DNA of 64,000 nucleotides from an uncultured Gammaproteobacteria bacterium (GTDB lineage Bacteria; Patescibacteriota; Microgenomatia; Levybacterales; GWA1-39-11): NCBI GenBank assembly GCA_964448725.1, contig CAYVAJ010000003.1, positions 17,867 to 81,866 of the forward strand, read 5' to 3'. Shown piece by piece: positions 28,985 to 38,919 of this stretch (position 1 is its first letter; each line of letters starts with the position of its first letter). The notes under the pieces were generated by a model. It saw only the letters and a program-made list of their open reading frames with translations, ran no database searches and was not told where the DNA came from. The position numbers and the translations under genes were made by a program.

Positions 28985-30169
28985 ATGGCTGACACAAAAT
29001 TTGAACGAACAAAACCACACGTTAATATTGGTACCATTGGTCACGTTGATCATGGTAAAACCACATTAACCGCTGCTATTACAACCGTCTTGTCAAAGAA
29101 AGGTCTTGCAAAAGCACGATCATATGCTGAAATTGACGGTGCTCCTGAAGAAAGAGCTCGCGGTGTTACGATTAACATCTCACATCAAGAATACGAAACA
29201 GAAAATCGACATTATGCGCACATTGACGCTCCAGGTCACGCGGATTATATCAAAAACATGATTACAGGTGCAGCTCAAATGGACGGTGCAATTCTCGTTG
29301 TATCTGCTGCTGACGGACCAATGCCTCAGACTCGAGAACACATTCTTTTGGCAAATCAGGTTGGTGTACCTAAGATCGTTGTTTTCTTGAATAAAGTTGA
29401 CATGGTACAAGATCCAGAACTTCTTGATCTTGTTGAAATGGAAGTTCGAGAACTTCTCTCAAAATATGAGTATGACGGTGATAATGCTCCAATCGTCCGA
29501 GGTTCAGCATTGAAAGCTGTTGAAGGTGAAGCTGAGTACGAAGAAAAAATCATGGAACTCATGAAAGCAGTTGATGATTACATCCCAACTCCTGAGCGAC
29601 CAGTAGATCAACCATTCCTTATGCCAGTTGAGGACGTGTTCTCAATCAAAGGTCGAGGAACAGTTGTAACCGGAAGAATTGAGCGCGGTGTGGTTAAAGT
29701 AAATGAAACTGTAGATATTGTTGGTATTAAAGATAATCAGAACACAGTTGTTACAGGTGTAGAGATGTTCCGAAAGCTTCTTGATGAAGGTCAGGCTGGA
29801 GACAACGTTGGACTTCTTCTTCGAGGAATTGAAAAAGAGCAAGTTGAGCGTGGACAAGTTCTTGCAAAGCCAGGATCTATCACTCCTCACACAGAATTTG
29901 AAGCAGAAGTATATATTTTGACTAAAGAAGAGGGTGGACGACACACTCCATTCTTCTCAGGATACCGACCACAGTTCTATATCAGAACAACTGACGTAAC
30001 TGGTGAGATCAAACTCCAAGAAGGTGTAGAGATGGTTATGCCTGGAGATAACGCTAAAATGAATGTTAAACTGATCGTTCCAGTCGCTATGGAAGACGGA
30101 ATGCGATTTGCTATCCGAGAGGGTGGACGAACAGTAGGTGCAGGTGTAGTTACTAAGATAACTAAATAA
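28985..30169 (+). CDS. tuf: elongation factor Tu
   Basis: [33 protein letters not shown]...; start after GGGGAA RBS; the ORF-track start at 28847 is an upstream extension. Confidence 0.97.
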   Translation: MADTKFERTKPHVNIGTIGHVDHGKTTLTAAITTVLSKKGLAKARSYAEIDGAPEERARGVTINISHQEYETENRHYAHIDAPGHADYIKNMITGAAQMDGAILVVSAADGPMPQTREHILLANQVGVPKIVVFLNKVDMVQDPELLDLVEMEVRELLSKYEYDGDNAPIVRGSALKAVEGEAEYEEKIMELMKAVDDYIPTPERPVDQPFLMPVEDVFSIKGRGTVVTGRIERGVVKVNETVDIVGIKDNQNTVVTGVEMFRKLLDEGQAGDNVGLLLRGIEKEQVERGQVLAKPGSITPHTEFEAEVYILTKEEGGRHTPFFSGYRPQFYIRTTDVTGEIKLQEGVEMVMPGDNAKMNVKLIVPVAMEDGMRFAIREGGRTVGAGVVTKITK

Positions 30170-30238
30170 CGTAAGTTAAATAAATCCCGCCCAAATACAC
30201 TTGTTGCACATTTAAATCGCTTAAGAAGGAAACAACCT

Positions 30239-30547
30239 ATGGCTAAAGGTAGAATTAGAGTAAAACTCAAGAGTTATGATTCTCGAATCATTGACTCAAC
30301 GTGCCAGCAAATTCTGGACACTGCTATTAGAACCGGTGCAAAAGTCATCGGTCCTATTCCTTTGCCTACTAAGCGATCACTCACAGTAGTTAACAAATCT
30401 CCATTTATTGACAAAGACGCACGCGAACACTTTGAACTTAAAACTCACAAAAGACTTATCGATATCATGTCTCCGACTGATAAAACAATTGAATCTCTTA
30501 TCCACCTCGATCTCCCTGCAGGTGTAGATGTAGAGATTAAGATGTAA
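30239..30547 (+). CDS. rpsJ: 30S ribosomal protein S10
   Basis: RIRVKLKSYDSRIID...PIPLPTKRS signature; AAGGA RBS. Confidence 0.95.
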   Translation: MAKGRIRVKLKSYDSRIIDSTCQQILDTAIRTGAKVIGPIPLPTKRSLTVVNKSPFIDKDAREHFELKTHKRLIDIMSPTDKTIESLIHLDLPAGVDVEIKM

Positions 30548-30672
30548 ACTCCCTCTTTTACTCCTAATATGTCAGAGAGAATTCACTCAAGAGAATACGA
30601 ATTCAGTAATTATTCTGAAATGAGCGAATTGTTGCTGAATTAACTAGAAGTGAACTCCCAACAGAAATAGCT

Positions 30673-31332
30673 TTGGGATACCATGGTGCAAGTCTTGAAA
30701 CTCTTGATCACTTGATAAAATTTGGCAGACTTCCAGGGCGCAAGGAAAGTAATAATAATAAAAATCTCCCTCAACAAGGTGATCTATATTTTATGCCACC
30801 TGATGTAGAAGTTAGTGATCGTTATTCCAAATTTGCTTATGTAAAGGAACAAGTAGAGAAAAGATATAAAGGTATTCCTAAACATTTATGGGAAGTTTCA
30901 GATTATGCAGAGACAAATGCTTTCGAAGATTATTTAGCAATAAAATTAGGACTTGAGGTAAGGTCATTTAAGACCATGGAAATAGTTGATTATATAACGT
31001 TAGAATATTCAAGCGACAATATGCCAACTGAACCTTCTGAAATGGAGATTTTTCGTGAAATCAATAATATTATAAATAATCTTTCGCTAACTGACAACGA
31101 ATTAGTTGAATTACTAAATGAAGCTAAAAGAAGAAAAGGAGTTATATTTTCTTTTAGTAAGGAAATACAAAACGATTTTCAAGTATCTAAAGGTGATGAT
31201 GGTCAAGATCTCAGAATTCATACAGGAACAGGTCTTCCTATCTCATACATTAATGGAATACTCCCACTGGGAAGCATGGAAGAAGAATTTCTAGAAGACT
31301 TAAAACGAAAATATCACTTAAATAAAGCTTAA
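30673..31332 (+). CDS. hypothetical protein (219 aa) inserted between rpsJ and rplC
   Basis: TTG-initiated ORF, no SD, no recognised domain; AT-rich relative to flanking r-protein genes. Confidence 0.35.
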   Translation: MGYHGASLETLDHLIKFGRLPGRKESNNNKNLPQQGDLYFMPPDVEVSDRYSKFAYVKEQVEKRYKGIPKHLWEVSDYAETNAFEDYLAIKLGLEVRSFKTMEIVDYITLEYSSDNMPTEPSEMEIFREINNIINNLSLTDNELVELLNEAKRRKGVIFSFSKEIQNDFQVSKGDDGQDLRIHTGTGLPISYINGILPLGSMEEEFLEDLKRKYHLNKA

Positions 31333-31478
31333 AACTTGTATTTTACAAAGCTATAGTGTAATACTTGTTCTCTCTTAATCCCTCAAAAATTTTTATTAGG
31401 TTGGGAAAAGCTGGGGTAGTACATACCCCAGCGCGAGTATCCTATACAAGAACTAACAACACGGCTTCGTTTGCCAGG

Positions 31479-31691
31479 CTATTTCTTGCTTGGATGTTTT
31501 TTTTCATTTCTGATGGATAAGAGCTCTGCACCGACTTCTGCTGGTACAAACCCCATCCACCGATACATGCGGACACTCATGAGCATTCGTTGTACACGAG
31601 GTTCACTTCGTGTCTCTCCGCATGCACATTCCTGAATAAGGAATTCTACAGTTTCTTTTTTGGTTATCCATTTATGTCTGTGGAACCTCAC
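31479..31691 (-). CDS. hypothetical small Cys/His-containing protein (70 aa), antisense orientation within the S10 operon
   Basis: HRHKW...ECACGETR motif suggests possible metal binding; weak evidence. Confidence 0.2.
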   Translation of the reverse strand: MRFHRHKWITKKETVEFLIQECACGETRSEPRVQRMLMSVRMYRWMGFVPAEVGAELLSIRNEKKHPSKK

Positions 31692-31908
31692 TGCAATCTC
31701 CTTTTTAAGGATCGTTAAATCGAGTGGACTTCACCCGAATTATGGCAATTATACCAAACATTTATTTTTCTTACCGCTCTCTTGCAATCTCAGCTCAAAT
31801 CTAATATAATTACTCGTATTGTCATGAGTTTAAATCAGGCTGATTTGACTAATTGTTATGCGAGTTGTATTTCCTGACACTGGACTCTCCATTTGGAGAC
31901 TAGTAGGA

Positions 31909-31936
31909 AGCGACTCAGGGAGTCGCTTTTTTTTTG
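31909..31936 (+). terminator. terminator/attenuator-like hairpin in the rplC leader
   Basis: AGCGACTC-AGG-GAGTCGCT followed by T9, 40 nt upstream of the rplC ATG. Confidence 0.6.
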
Positions 31937-31976
31937 GATAAATTCTCTATGACATATATAGGTAACTGTACTAACT

Positions 31977-32852
31977 ATGAACGTTACAGCATTAATAGGC
32001 ACAAAATTGGATCAAAAACAATCCTTCCTTGAGGACGGTACTCGCGTACCTGTCTCTCTCATTTCAATTGGTGAAAATATTATTACTCAAGTAAAAACTG
32101 TTGAAAAAGATGGATATACATCTATTCAGATTGGTCAAGGATCAACAACAAAGGCAAAAAATCCAATTAACGGAATGGCAAAAAAAGCGGGGTTAGAAAA
32201 GACACCCCGTTTTTTACGGGAAATTCGTGTTGATGATAACGGGGATGCTGTTGTCGGATCTAACTTAAAAGTCGAAGAGGTATTTGCTATTGGTGACATT
32301 GTAAATGTTGCTGGTACTTCAAAAGGAAAAGGATATGCAGGTGTAATGAAGCGGCATGGATTCCATGGCGGTCCAAAGACACACGGTCAATCAGATCGTC
32401 ATCGTGCTCCTGGTTCTATTGGTCAATCAGCAACACCTGGACGGGTATATAAAGGAAAACGAATGGCTGGACGTATGGGTAATGAACGCGTTACTGTGCG
32501 TAATTTATTGGTTTTGGATATTGTTGATGGGGTACTTTATGTAAAAGGGCTTATTCCTGGACCAAAAGGTACATTAATTGAGATTAAAAAAGTTGGAGAA
32601 GATAAGAAATATATTCCATTATTTAAAAAAGCGGATGAAACAGTTGCTCCTGAGGCTTCAGAGGTCACAGAAGAACCAACAGTTGAAGCTGCAACACCAG
32701 AAGCAGTAAATGAAGCCTCAGTAACAGAGGAAATAACACCAGAAACAACCCAGGAAGATATAAAAGAAGCACAAACAGATGATACAAAAACAGACGAGGT
32801 AAAAGAAGAAAAGCAACCAGAAGAACCAAAGGAAAAGGAGGAAGACAAGTAA
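31977..32852 (+). CDS. rplC: 50S ribosomal protein L3 with ~80-aa acidic C-terminal extension
   Basis: Conserved L3 core (GKGYAGVMKRHGFHGGPKTHGQSDRHRAPGSIG...); the E/T/P-rich tail is non-canonical. Confidence 0.9.
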   Translation: MNVTALIGTKLDQKQSFLEDGTRVPVSLISIGENIITQVKTVEKDGYTSIQIGQGSTTKAKNPINGMAKKAGLEKTPRFLREIRVDDNGDAVVGSNLKVEEVFAIGDIVNVAGTSKGKGYAGVMKRHGFHGGPKTHGQSDRHRAPGSIGQSATPGRVYKGKRMAGRMGNERVTVRNLLVLDIVDGVLYVKGLIPGPKGTLIEIKKVGEDKKYIPLFKKADETVAPEASEVTEEPTVEAATPEAVNEASVTEEITPETTQEDIKEAQTDDTKTDEVKEEKQPEEPKEKEEDK

Positions 32853-32896
32853 AGATTGACGATTGACCAGTGATGAATGATGATTTAAAGCATTCA

Positions 32897-32929
32897 ATAG
32901 GCAATAATCAATACTAAATAGTCAATAAA
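32897..32929 (+). repeat. leader motif A copy (rplD)
   Basis: AATAGGCAATAATCAATACTAAATAGTCAATAAA 3 nt before the ATG; GATTGACGATTGACC directly after the rplC stop; no SD. Confidence 0.8.
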
Positions 32930-32932
32930 ATT

Positions 32933-33742
32933 ATGGCTGAAGAAGTAAAGAAAAAAACAACTAAAAAAGTAGCAGAAACGAGTAAAGAAAAAACAGTTAA
33001 AACAACAAAAGCGCCTGCTGTAAAGAAAAAAGAGAATAAAGAAGCAGAACTTCGTATTGGTGTTGTTGATGTTACTGGAAAAGCTGCAGGTACAATTGAG
33101 CTGCCGATTGAGATTTTTGGGGCAAAAGTAAATCCAATACTTATGGCACAAGCTGTTCGAGTATATCTAGCAAATCAAAGACAGGGAACAGTGCGCACAC
33201 AGACTCGTAGTGATGTGAATGCGTCTAAACGCAAAATTTATCGACAAAAAGGTACTGGTCGTGCACGTCACGGTGCGTTATCTGCACCTCTTTTTATCGG
33301 AGGAGGCACCACATTTGGTCCCAAACCTCGTGATTTTTCGCTCAAAATGTCTGCAAAAATGCGTAGAGCTGCACTTTTTAGTGCATTGACTCAAAAAGTT
33401 GCAAATAAAGAACTAGTTGTACTTGATACTGCAAATGAAATATCTGGAAAAACAAAAGAAATATTTGGGGCACTCAAAGCACTGAATATGGTAAATAAAA
33501 AAGGGAAAGGTAACAAGGTTCTTTTTGTTACAGATAATGCAGAACTTGTTAAAAAAGCAGCACGAAATATAGAGGGAGTAAACATAGTTAATGTTTCAAC
33601 GCTCACTACGTATACAGTATTAAATCATCGAAATATTTTATTAGTAAAAGGAGCAGTTGGAAAAATGGAAGAAGTATATCTTAAAAACGTTAAAAGTGAG
33701 AATTCAAAAGTCAAAAATGGAGATAAAAATACAAAAGTTTAA
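32933..33742 (+). CDS. rplD: 50S ribosomal protein L4 with K-rich N-terminal and C-terminal extensions
   Basis: L4 core (YRQKGTGRARHGA...PLFIGGGTTFGPKPRD). Confidence 0.9.
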   Translation: MAEEVKKKTTKKVAETSKEKTVKTTKAPAVKKKENKEAELRIGVVDVTGKAAGTIELPIEIFGAKVNPILMAQAVRVYLANQRQGTVRTQTRSDVNASKRKIYRQKGTGRARHGALSAPLFIGGGTTFGPKPRDFSLKMSAKMRRAALFSALTQKVANKELVVLDTANEISGKTKEIFGALKALNMVNKKGKGNKVLFVTDNAELVKKAARNIEGVNIVNVSTLTTYTVLNHRNILLVKGAVGKMEEVYLKNVKSENSKVKNGDKNTKV

Positions 33743-33758
33743 AAAATGAATTAAAACA

Positions 33759-34058
33759 ATGAAAACAGTACATGACATTATAAAAAAACCTATTATTAGC
33801 GAAAAATCTTTTGCAGAGGCAAGTCGTGGTCGATATACTTTTGTGGTTGATCAATTTGCAAATAAGACTGAAATTGGTCATGCAGTTGAAAAAATGTTCA
33901 ATGTAAAGGTAGTTGATGTTGCAACAAATATTGTGAAAGGATCACGGACCCGATTTACTAAAAAAGGACGTAATGAACAAAATCTTACGTATAAAAAAGC
34001 ACGTGTACAGCTTGCTAAAGATCAAAAAATAGATATTTTTGAGGAGGTAAAAGAATAA
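33759..34058 (+). CDS. rplW: 50S ribosomal protein L23
   Basis: KPIISEKS...YTFVVD... L23 signature. Confidence 0.9.
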   Translation: MKTVHDIIKKPIISEKSFAEASRGRYTFVVDQFANKTEIGHAVEKMFNVKVVDVATNIVKGSRTRFTKKGRNEQNLTYKKARVQLAKDQKIDIFEEVKE

Positions 34059-34059
34059 A

Positions 34060-34803
34060 ATGAAAAAATTACATACATTATTAAAGAAACATGGTGGTCG
34101 TGATGGAAGCGGACAAGTATCAGTCAGACATCAAGGCGGACGTCATAAGCGATTTTATCGTATGATCGATTTTAAGCGAAATAAGTTTGATGTGGTTGGA
34201 ACTGTTGCTGCTATTGAATATGATCCTAATAGATCAGTGGATATTGCATTAGTACAGTATATAGATGGAGATAAACGATATATTCTCTGTCCTGTAGGAC
34301 TCAAAGTTGGAGACAAAGTAATAGCTGGTGAGAGAGTGGAAGTACGGACTGGAAATGCAATGCCATTAATGAATATGCCAGTTGGGAGTTTAATTCATAA
34401 CCTTGAATTAACACGAGGACGAGGTGGACAAATCGTTCGTGCTGCTGGAAACCAGGCAATCATCCAGTCACGGGAAGAAGATTATGTACAAGTTAAGTTG
34501 CCGAGTGGTGAGGTACGCAAGATAAACGGAAAAAATTATGCTACAATTGGCCAGCTTGGCAATGTTGAGCGAAAAGATCGCGTACTTGGAAAAGCTGGAG
34601 CAAATAGACGAATGGGAAAACGGCCAACTGTTCGTGGTGTGGCAATGAATCCTCGCTCACATCCACATGGTGGAGGAGAAGGACGATCAGGAATTGGTAT
34701 GCCATCACCAAAGACATATGCAGGAAAATTAGCAGTTGGTAAAACCCGAAGACCAAAGAAATATTCTGATAAGTATATTGTAAAGAGAAGGGGAACAAAA
34801 TAA
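34060..34803 (+). CDS. rplB: 50S ribosomal protein L2 (N-terminally ~28 aa shorter than E. coli L2)
   Basis: [29 protein letters not shown]...; GAGGAGG RBS lies inside the rplW 3' end. Confidence 0.92.
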   Translation: MKKLHTLLKKHGGRDGSGQVSVRHQGGRHKRFYRMIDFKRNKFDVVGTVAAIEYDPNRSVDIALVQYIDGDKRYILCPVGLKVGDKVIAGERVEVRTGNAMPLMNMPVGSLIHNLELTRGRGGQIVRAAGNQAIIQSREEDYVQVKLPSGEVRKINGKNYATIGQLGNVERKDRVLGKAGANRRMGKRPTVRGVAMNPRSHPHGGGEGRSGIGMPSPKTYAGKLAVGKTRRPKKYSDKYIVKRRGTK

Positions 34804-34805
34804 TT

Positions 34806-35090
34806 ATGGCACGATCAAGTAAAAAAGGACCATTAATAGATGAACGGCTCATGAAAAAAGTGAGCGCACAAAAAGAGTCAGGAAACCGTGACGGTATTAA
34901 AACCTGGTCTCGAGCATGCCAGATTCCGCCAGAATTTGTCGGACATACCTTTTTGATACATAACGGAAAACATTTTATATCTGTTCGTATTACCGAAGGA
35001 ATGGTAGGGCATAGACTTGGTGAATTTGCACCAACACGACACTTTAAAGGTCACGGTCGTATTGTTGCTCGTGAAATAAGTAAGACATAA
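34806..35090 (+). CDS. rpsS: 30S ribosomal protein S19
   Basis: MARSSKKGP...[35 protein letters not shown]. Confidence 0.95.
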   Translation: MARSSKKGPLIDERLMKKVSAQKESGNRDGIKTWSRACQIPPEFVGHTFLIHNGKHFISVRITEGMVGHRLGEFAPTRHFKGHGRIVAREISKT

Positions 35091-35166
35091 AGAATTATTG
35101 ATAACTTATTATTTGCATCTGACAATAATAAAGAATTGATTATAGACAATAAATAATAAGTAATAA

Positions 35167-35625
35167 ATGATAAATAAAGAATATATGGAATATAAAGCAG
35201 AAGCAAAAAATATTAAAATGTCACCACGCAAAGTGCGATTGGTTGCTGATAGTGTGCGAAACTTAGGGCTTGATCAGGCTATCGCAAGCTTGACAGTATT
35301 AAATAAAAGAGCAGCTGATCCATTGCGTAAAACACTGGAAAGTGCGATTGCAAATGCAATTAATAATTTTCAGGCAAGTAGAGGTGATCTGAAAATTAAA
35401 GAAATCATGGTTGGTGAAGGTATTATGTATAAACGGTATCATTTTGCTGCGCGAGGTCGTGTTCGGCCATATCTGCGTCGTACTAGTCACATTCGGGTAA
35501 TCTTGGAAGATCAAATTGAGCGAGTACCAATGACAAGTACACCTGCTCCGGTTGTCGAAGAGGCAAAAGAAGTTAAAAAAGAAACAAAAAAAACAGAGAA
35601 AAAGAAAGGAGATAAGACAAAATAA
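35167..35625 (+). CDS. rplV: 50S ribosomal protein L22 with K-rich C-terminal tail
   Basis: SPRKVRLVADSVRNLGLDQAIASLTVL... L22 core; start may be a later Met. Confidence 0.88.
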   Translation: MINKEYMEYKAEAKNIKMSPRKVRLVADSVRNLGLDQAIASLTVLNKRAADPLRKTLESAIANAINNFQASRGDLKIKEIMVGEGIMYKRYHFAARGRVRPYLRRTSHIRVILEDQIERVPMTSTPAPVVEEAKEVKKETKKTEKKKGDKTK

Positions 35626-35665
35626 CTTTGACGAATGACTAATGACGAGTAATGAATGATCACTC

Positions 35666-35699
35666 AATAGTCAATAATCAATAATAAATAGTCAATAAA
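35666..35699 (+). repeat. leader motif A copy (rpsC), 34/34 identical to 41579..41612
   Basis: AATAGTCAATAATCAATAATAAATAGTCAATAAA 6 nt before the ATG; TTTGACGAATGACTAATGACGAG after the rplV stop. Confidence 0.9.
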
Positions 35700-35705
35700 G
35701 AATCT

Positions 35706-36347
35706 ATGGGACAAAAAGTTAATCCAATTGCATTAAGACTTGGTATTCACCATGACTTTAAAAGCGTAGGATATTACTCGAAAAAAAATTATGCTGCGAC
35801 TGTGTTGCAGGATATTAAAATTCGTGAGATGCTCTTTTCAAAATTAAAGCAGGCAAGTATTGGTGAAGCACAGATTTTAAGAACACTTACTGGTATTAAA
35901 ATTACTATTCATGTAGTGCGCCCTGGTATAGTTATCGGACGTGGAGGACAAGGACTTGAAGAACTGAAAAAAGCAATTATTCGTGTTATGCAGGAAACAA
36001 GTAAAGAAAAAGTTTCGCCTCGTATTGAACTGAAAGTTGAGCCGATAAAAGACCCAAATCTCAATGCACATTTAGTGGCAAGTAATATTGCAGATATGTT
36101 AAATCGCCGTATGCCGCACAGACGTATTATGAAACAATCTGCAGAACGGGTTATGGCAGCAGGTGCAAAAGGTGTAAGAATTATTCTTTCAGGCCGAATT
36201 GGCGGAGCTGAAATTGGACGGAAAGAGAGAACACAAATTGGAAAAGTATCACTATCAACAATACGGGAAAATATTGACTATGCAGAGATCCCTGCATTAA
36301 CGAAAAGCGGATACGTAGGAGTAAAAGTTTGGATCAATAAAGAATAG
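35706..36347 (+). CDS. rpsC: 30S ribosomal protein S3
   Basis: MGQKVNPIALRLGI... KH domain GRGGQGLEELKK. Confidence 0.95.
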   Translation: MGQKVNPIALRLGIHHDFKSVGYYSKKNYAATVLQDIKIREMLFSKLKQASIGEAQILRTLTGIKITIHVVRPGIVIGRGGQGLEELKKAIIRVMQETSKEKVSPRIELKVEPIKDPNLNAHLVASNIADMLNRRMPHRRIMKQSAERVMAAGAKGVRIILSGRIGGAEIGRKERTQIGKVSLSTIRENIDYAEIPALTKSGYVGVKVWINKE

Positions 36348-36360
36348 GAGTAAAAACAGT

Positions 36361-36777
36361 ATGTTAATGCCAAAAAAATTAAAATATAGAAAAATATTTA
36401 AACAACGTGAAGATAAAGGTGTAGAGCAAAAAGGAATTACTATTGCTTTCGGGACATTTGGTCTTCGATCTGAGTCATCAGGACAGATTACGAGTCGACA
36501 AATAGAATCAGCAAGACGTGCAATGACACACTTTACCAAGCGTGGTGGTCGGATTTGGATTCGTATATTTCCAGCAACACCAACCACAAAAAAACCACCA
36601 GAGACTCGTATGGGTGGCGGAAAAGGTGATATTCATGAATATGTGACAAAGGTTGGTCCTGGAAGAATGCTTTTTGAAATGAGCGGTGTAAGTGAGGAAA
36701 TTGCAAAAGAAGCATTTCGTTTGGCATCTCACAAACTGCCAGTAAAAAGCAGTTTTGTAACCAGAGAAGGGAAATAA
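36361..36777 (+). CDS. rplP: 50S ribosomal protein L16
   Basis: MLMPKKLKYRK...IWIRIFP; AGGAG RBS. Confidence 0.95.
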   Translation: MLMPKKLKYRKIFKQREDKGVEQKGITIAFGTFGLRSESSGQITSRQIESARRAMTHFTKRGGRIWIRIFPATPTTKKPPETRMGGGKGDIHEYVTKVGPGRMLFEMSGVSEEIAKEAFRLASHKLPVKSSFVTREGK

Positions 36778-36778
36778 T

Positions 36779-37009
36779 ATGAAAACAAAAGAAGTAAAAG
36801 AACTACCAGATAAAACAGTAGTAGATTTAAAAAAAATGCTTGATGAATTGCAAATGTCTTTTGCAACTACTAAGCTTGACTTAAAGCTTGGAAGAAGTAA
36901 AAATACTGCAAAACTTAAAGAAATAAAACGAGATATTGCACGTGTTATGACCGTGCTTAATCAAAAAGAAAAGGAGGAGGCGACTAGTACAGCAGCGTCT
37001 AACATCTAG
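36779..37009 (+). CDS. rpmC: 50S ribosomal protein L29
   Basis: Small helical protein in the canonical position after L16; LDLKLGRSKNTAKLKEIKRDIARVMTV. Confidence 0.85.
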   Translation: MKTKEVKELPDKTVVDLKKMLDELQMSFATTKLDLKLGRSKNTAKLKEIKRDIARVMTVLNQKEKEEATSTAASNI

Positions 37010-37037
37010 TTAGAAAGTAACTATACGCTAAAAAAAT

Positions 37038-37385
37038 ATGGCTAAAAAAATATTAACAGGAACAGTAGTTTCAGACAAAATGACAAATACCGTTGTAGTG
37101 GAAGTGGAGCGACGCATCGTGCATCCGCTCTATAAAAAACGGATTAAAATCACAAAAAAATATAGTGCTGACACAAATGGTATAGCAAGTGCAGTTGGTG
37201 ATTTTGTAAAAATTGAAGAAACAGTGCCAATGAGTAAGACAAAACATTTTAAAGTAATTGAAAAGATTGTAGAAATTACACCAGAAGGGGAAAAGACAAC
37301 GGCACAAAAAAACGAAAAATCAACTGAAGAAAAAAAGCCTGCCAAAAAGACTCGGGCAAAGAAAGGAGAAAAAGATAGCAAATAG
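37038..37385 (+). CDS. rpsQ: 30S ribosomal protein S17 with K/E-rich C-terminal extension
   Basis: ILTGTVVSDKMTNTVVVEVERRIVHPLYKKRIK OB-fold signature. Confidence 0.92.
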   Translation: MAKKILTGTVVSDKMTNTVVVEVERRIVHPLYKKRIKITKKYSADTNGIASAVGDFVKIEETVPMSKTKHFKVIEKIVEITPEGEKTTAQKNEKSTEEKKPAKKTRAKKGEKDSK

Positions 37386-37447
37386 CGGGTAGCAGGTAGC
37401 TTATAGAAGCTACAAGCCACACGCCAAAAGCTATACGCTAAAAAAAT
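37377..37447 (+). repeat. copy 1 of a ~65-nt intercistronic hairpin element (rpsQ-rplN)
   Basis: AGCAAATAG-CGGGTAGCAG-GTAGCTTATAGAAGCTAC-AAGCCACACGCCAAAAGCTATACGCTAAAAAAAT; 7-bp perfect stem at 37396..37413; includes the rpsQ stop. Confidence 0.9.
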
Positions 37448-37822
37448 ATGGTACAGTTACGAACAATGTTAGAATCCGCTGACAATAGTGGTGCAAAAGA
37501 ACTTATGGTTATTCAAATATATGGCGGATCACGCCGCCGATTTGGATATCTTGGTGAAACGCTTGGATGTATTGTAAAACGGGCGTTACCAAATGGTGAG
37601 TATAAAAAAGGAGATTTAGTAAAAGTAGTATTAGTACGAACAAAAAAAGAAGTCCGGCGCTCTGATGGCTCATACATTCGATTTTCAGAGAATGCTGGAG
37701 TTGTTATTAATAGTCTTGAAAATAAAGATCCTGTTGGAACACGTGTATTTGGTCCAATTGCACGCGAAGTACGAGAAAAAGGATTTACAAAAATTGCGAG
37801 TTTGGCAAAAAATGTAGTATAA
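37448..37822 (+). CDS. rplN: 50S ribosomal protein L14
   Basis: MVQLRTMLESADNSGAKELMVIQIYGG... classic L14. Confidence 0.95.
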   Translation: MVQLRTMLESADNSGAKELMVIQIYGGSRRRFGYLGETLGCIVKRALPNGEYKKGDLVKVVLVRTKKEVRRSDGSYIRFSENAGVVINSLENKDPVGTRVFGPIAREVREKGFTKIASLAKNVV

Positions 37823-37863
37823 GTAGCCTTGCAATGAGGCTTATAGTATAATAGTATATAGTT

Positions 37864-38169
37864 ATGAAAATAAAAAAAGGTGATTTAGTACAAGTAATGA
37901 TGGGTAAAGATAAAGGAAAGACCGGAAAGGTTGAACGAGTTTTGCCTGCCAAAAATAAAGTAGTGGTAGAAGGCCTGAATCTGTATAAAAAGCATATTAA
38001 AGGATTTGGTGGACAACAAGCATCAGAGATAAAAACTTTAGCACGGCCACTTCCGGCATCAAAAGTTGCGCTTATTGATCCTAAAACTAAAAAGCCTACT
38101 CGTGTGAGTTATAAAATTGAAAAAGACGCAAAGGTAAGAGTTGCCAAAAAATCTGGCCAAACAATATAA
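37864..38169 (+). CDS. rplX: 50S ribosomal protein L24
   Basis: MKIKKGDLVQVMMGKDKGKTGKVERV KOW motif. Confidence 0.93.
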   Translation: MKIKKGDLVQVMMGKDKGKTGKVERVLPAKNKVVVEGLNLYKKHIKGFGGQQASEIKTLARPLPASKVALIDPKTKKPTRVSYKIEKDAKVRVAKKSGQTI

Positions 38170-38172
38170 ATT

Positions 38173-38286
38173 ATGAAAGTACAAGCATCAGTAAAACCAC
38201 GTTGTATGAAATGCAAAATCGTACGACGAAAAGGAAAAATATTTGTAATATGTGAGAACCCTAAGCACAAACAGCGACAGGGATAG
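38173..38286 (+). CDS. rpmJ: 50S ribosomal protein L36 (37 aa), not in the ORF track
   Basis: Manual translation [37 protein letters not shown] matches the L36 zinc-ribbon consensus almost residue for residue; non-canonical position between rplX and rplE. Confidence 0.9.
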   Translation: MKVQASVKPRCMKCKIVRRKGKIFVICENPKHKQRQG

Positions 38287-38316
38287 AAAATTAGTGACGA
38301 TTGACTATTTCAAATA

Positions 38317-38348
38317 TTCAATCATCAAATAATAAATAAGCAATAAAT
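38317..38348 (+). repeat. leader motif A copy (rplE)
   Basis: ATTCAATCATCAAATAATAAATAAGCAATAAATT 4 nt before the ATG; preceded by GTGACGATTGAC right after the rpmJ stop; no SD. Confidence 0.8.
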
Positions 38349-38352
38349 TATT

Positions 38353-38919
38353 ATGAGTAATTATAAAAAAGCATATAACACAGAAATAGTACCAAAGCTG
38401 CAAAAACGGTTGGATATTAAAAATCCGATGGCAGTACCTAAACTGCAAAAGATTGTGGTAAATACAAGTACTCGTGAGTTTTTGCAGGACAAAAAAAATA
38501 TTGAACGGTACGCAGAAGAGTTAGTGACTATTACAGGCCAGAAGCCAAAAGTTGCAAAAGCAAAGATTTCTGTTGCAACATTTAAGCTGCGTGAAGGGGA
38601 TGATATTGGATTGGTTGTTACATTGCGTGGTAACAGGATGTATGATTTTTTTGAGAAACTTGTTAAAATAGTCCTTCCTCGAGTGAAAGATTTTGGAGGA
38701 GTAAGTCGTGAATCATTTGATGGTCATGGGAATATGACTATCGGGTTTTCAGAACAGACAGTTTTTCCAGAGATAGATCCTGGGCGAGTTGACCGTATTC
38801 GAAGTCTGCAGCTTGTGTTGGTAACGACTGCAAAAACTAACGAACAAGGACTTGCATTATTGGAAGAAATGGGAATGCCGTTTAAAAAAGTACAAAAGGA
38901 GGAAGCAAGTAGCAAATAG
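38353..38919 (+). CDS. rplE: 50S ribosomal protein L5
   Basis: L5 signature (KNPMAVPKLQKIVVN...GLVVTLRG..MYDFFEKL). Confidence 0.95.
   Translation: MSNYKKAYNTEIVPKLQKRLDIKNPMAVPKLQKIVVNTSTREFLQDKKNIERYAEELVTITGQKPKVAKAKISVATFKLREGDDIGLVVTLRGNRMYDFFEKLVKIVLPRVKDFGGVSRESFDGHGNMTIGFSEQTVFPEIDPGRVDRIRSLQLVLVTTAKTNEQGLALLEEMGMPFKKVQKEEASSK

Noticed and set aside
32537-32904. Antisense ORFs (103 aa and 79 aa) over the L3 C-terminal tail
   Set aside because: They are low-complexity mirror translations of the E/T/P-rich L3 extension. There is no independent support.
35299-37420. Multiple 60-120-aa antisense ORFs inside rplV, rpsC, rplP and rpsQ
   Set aside because: They lie within highly conserved r-protein coding sequence on the opposite strand. 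They are typical AT-rich six-frame noise.
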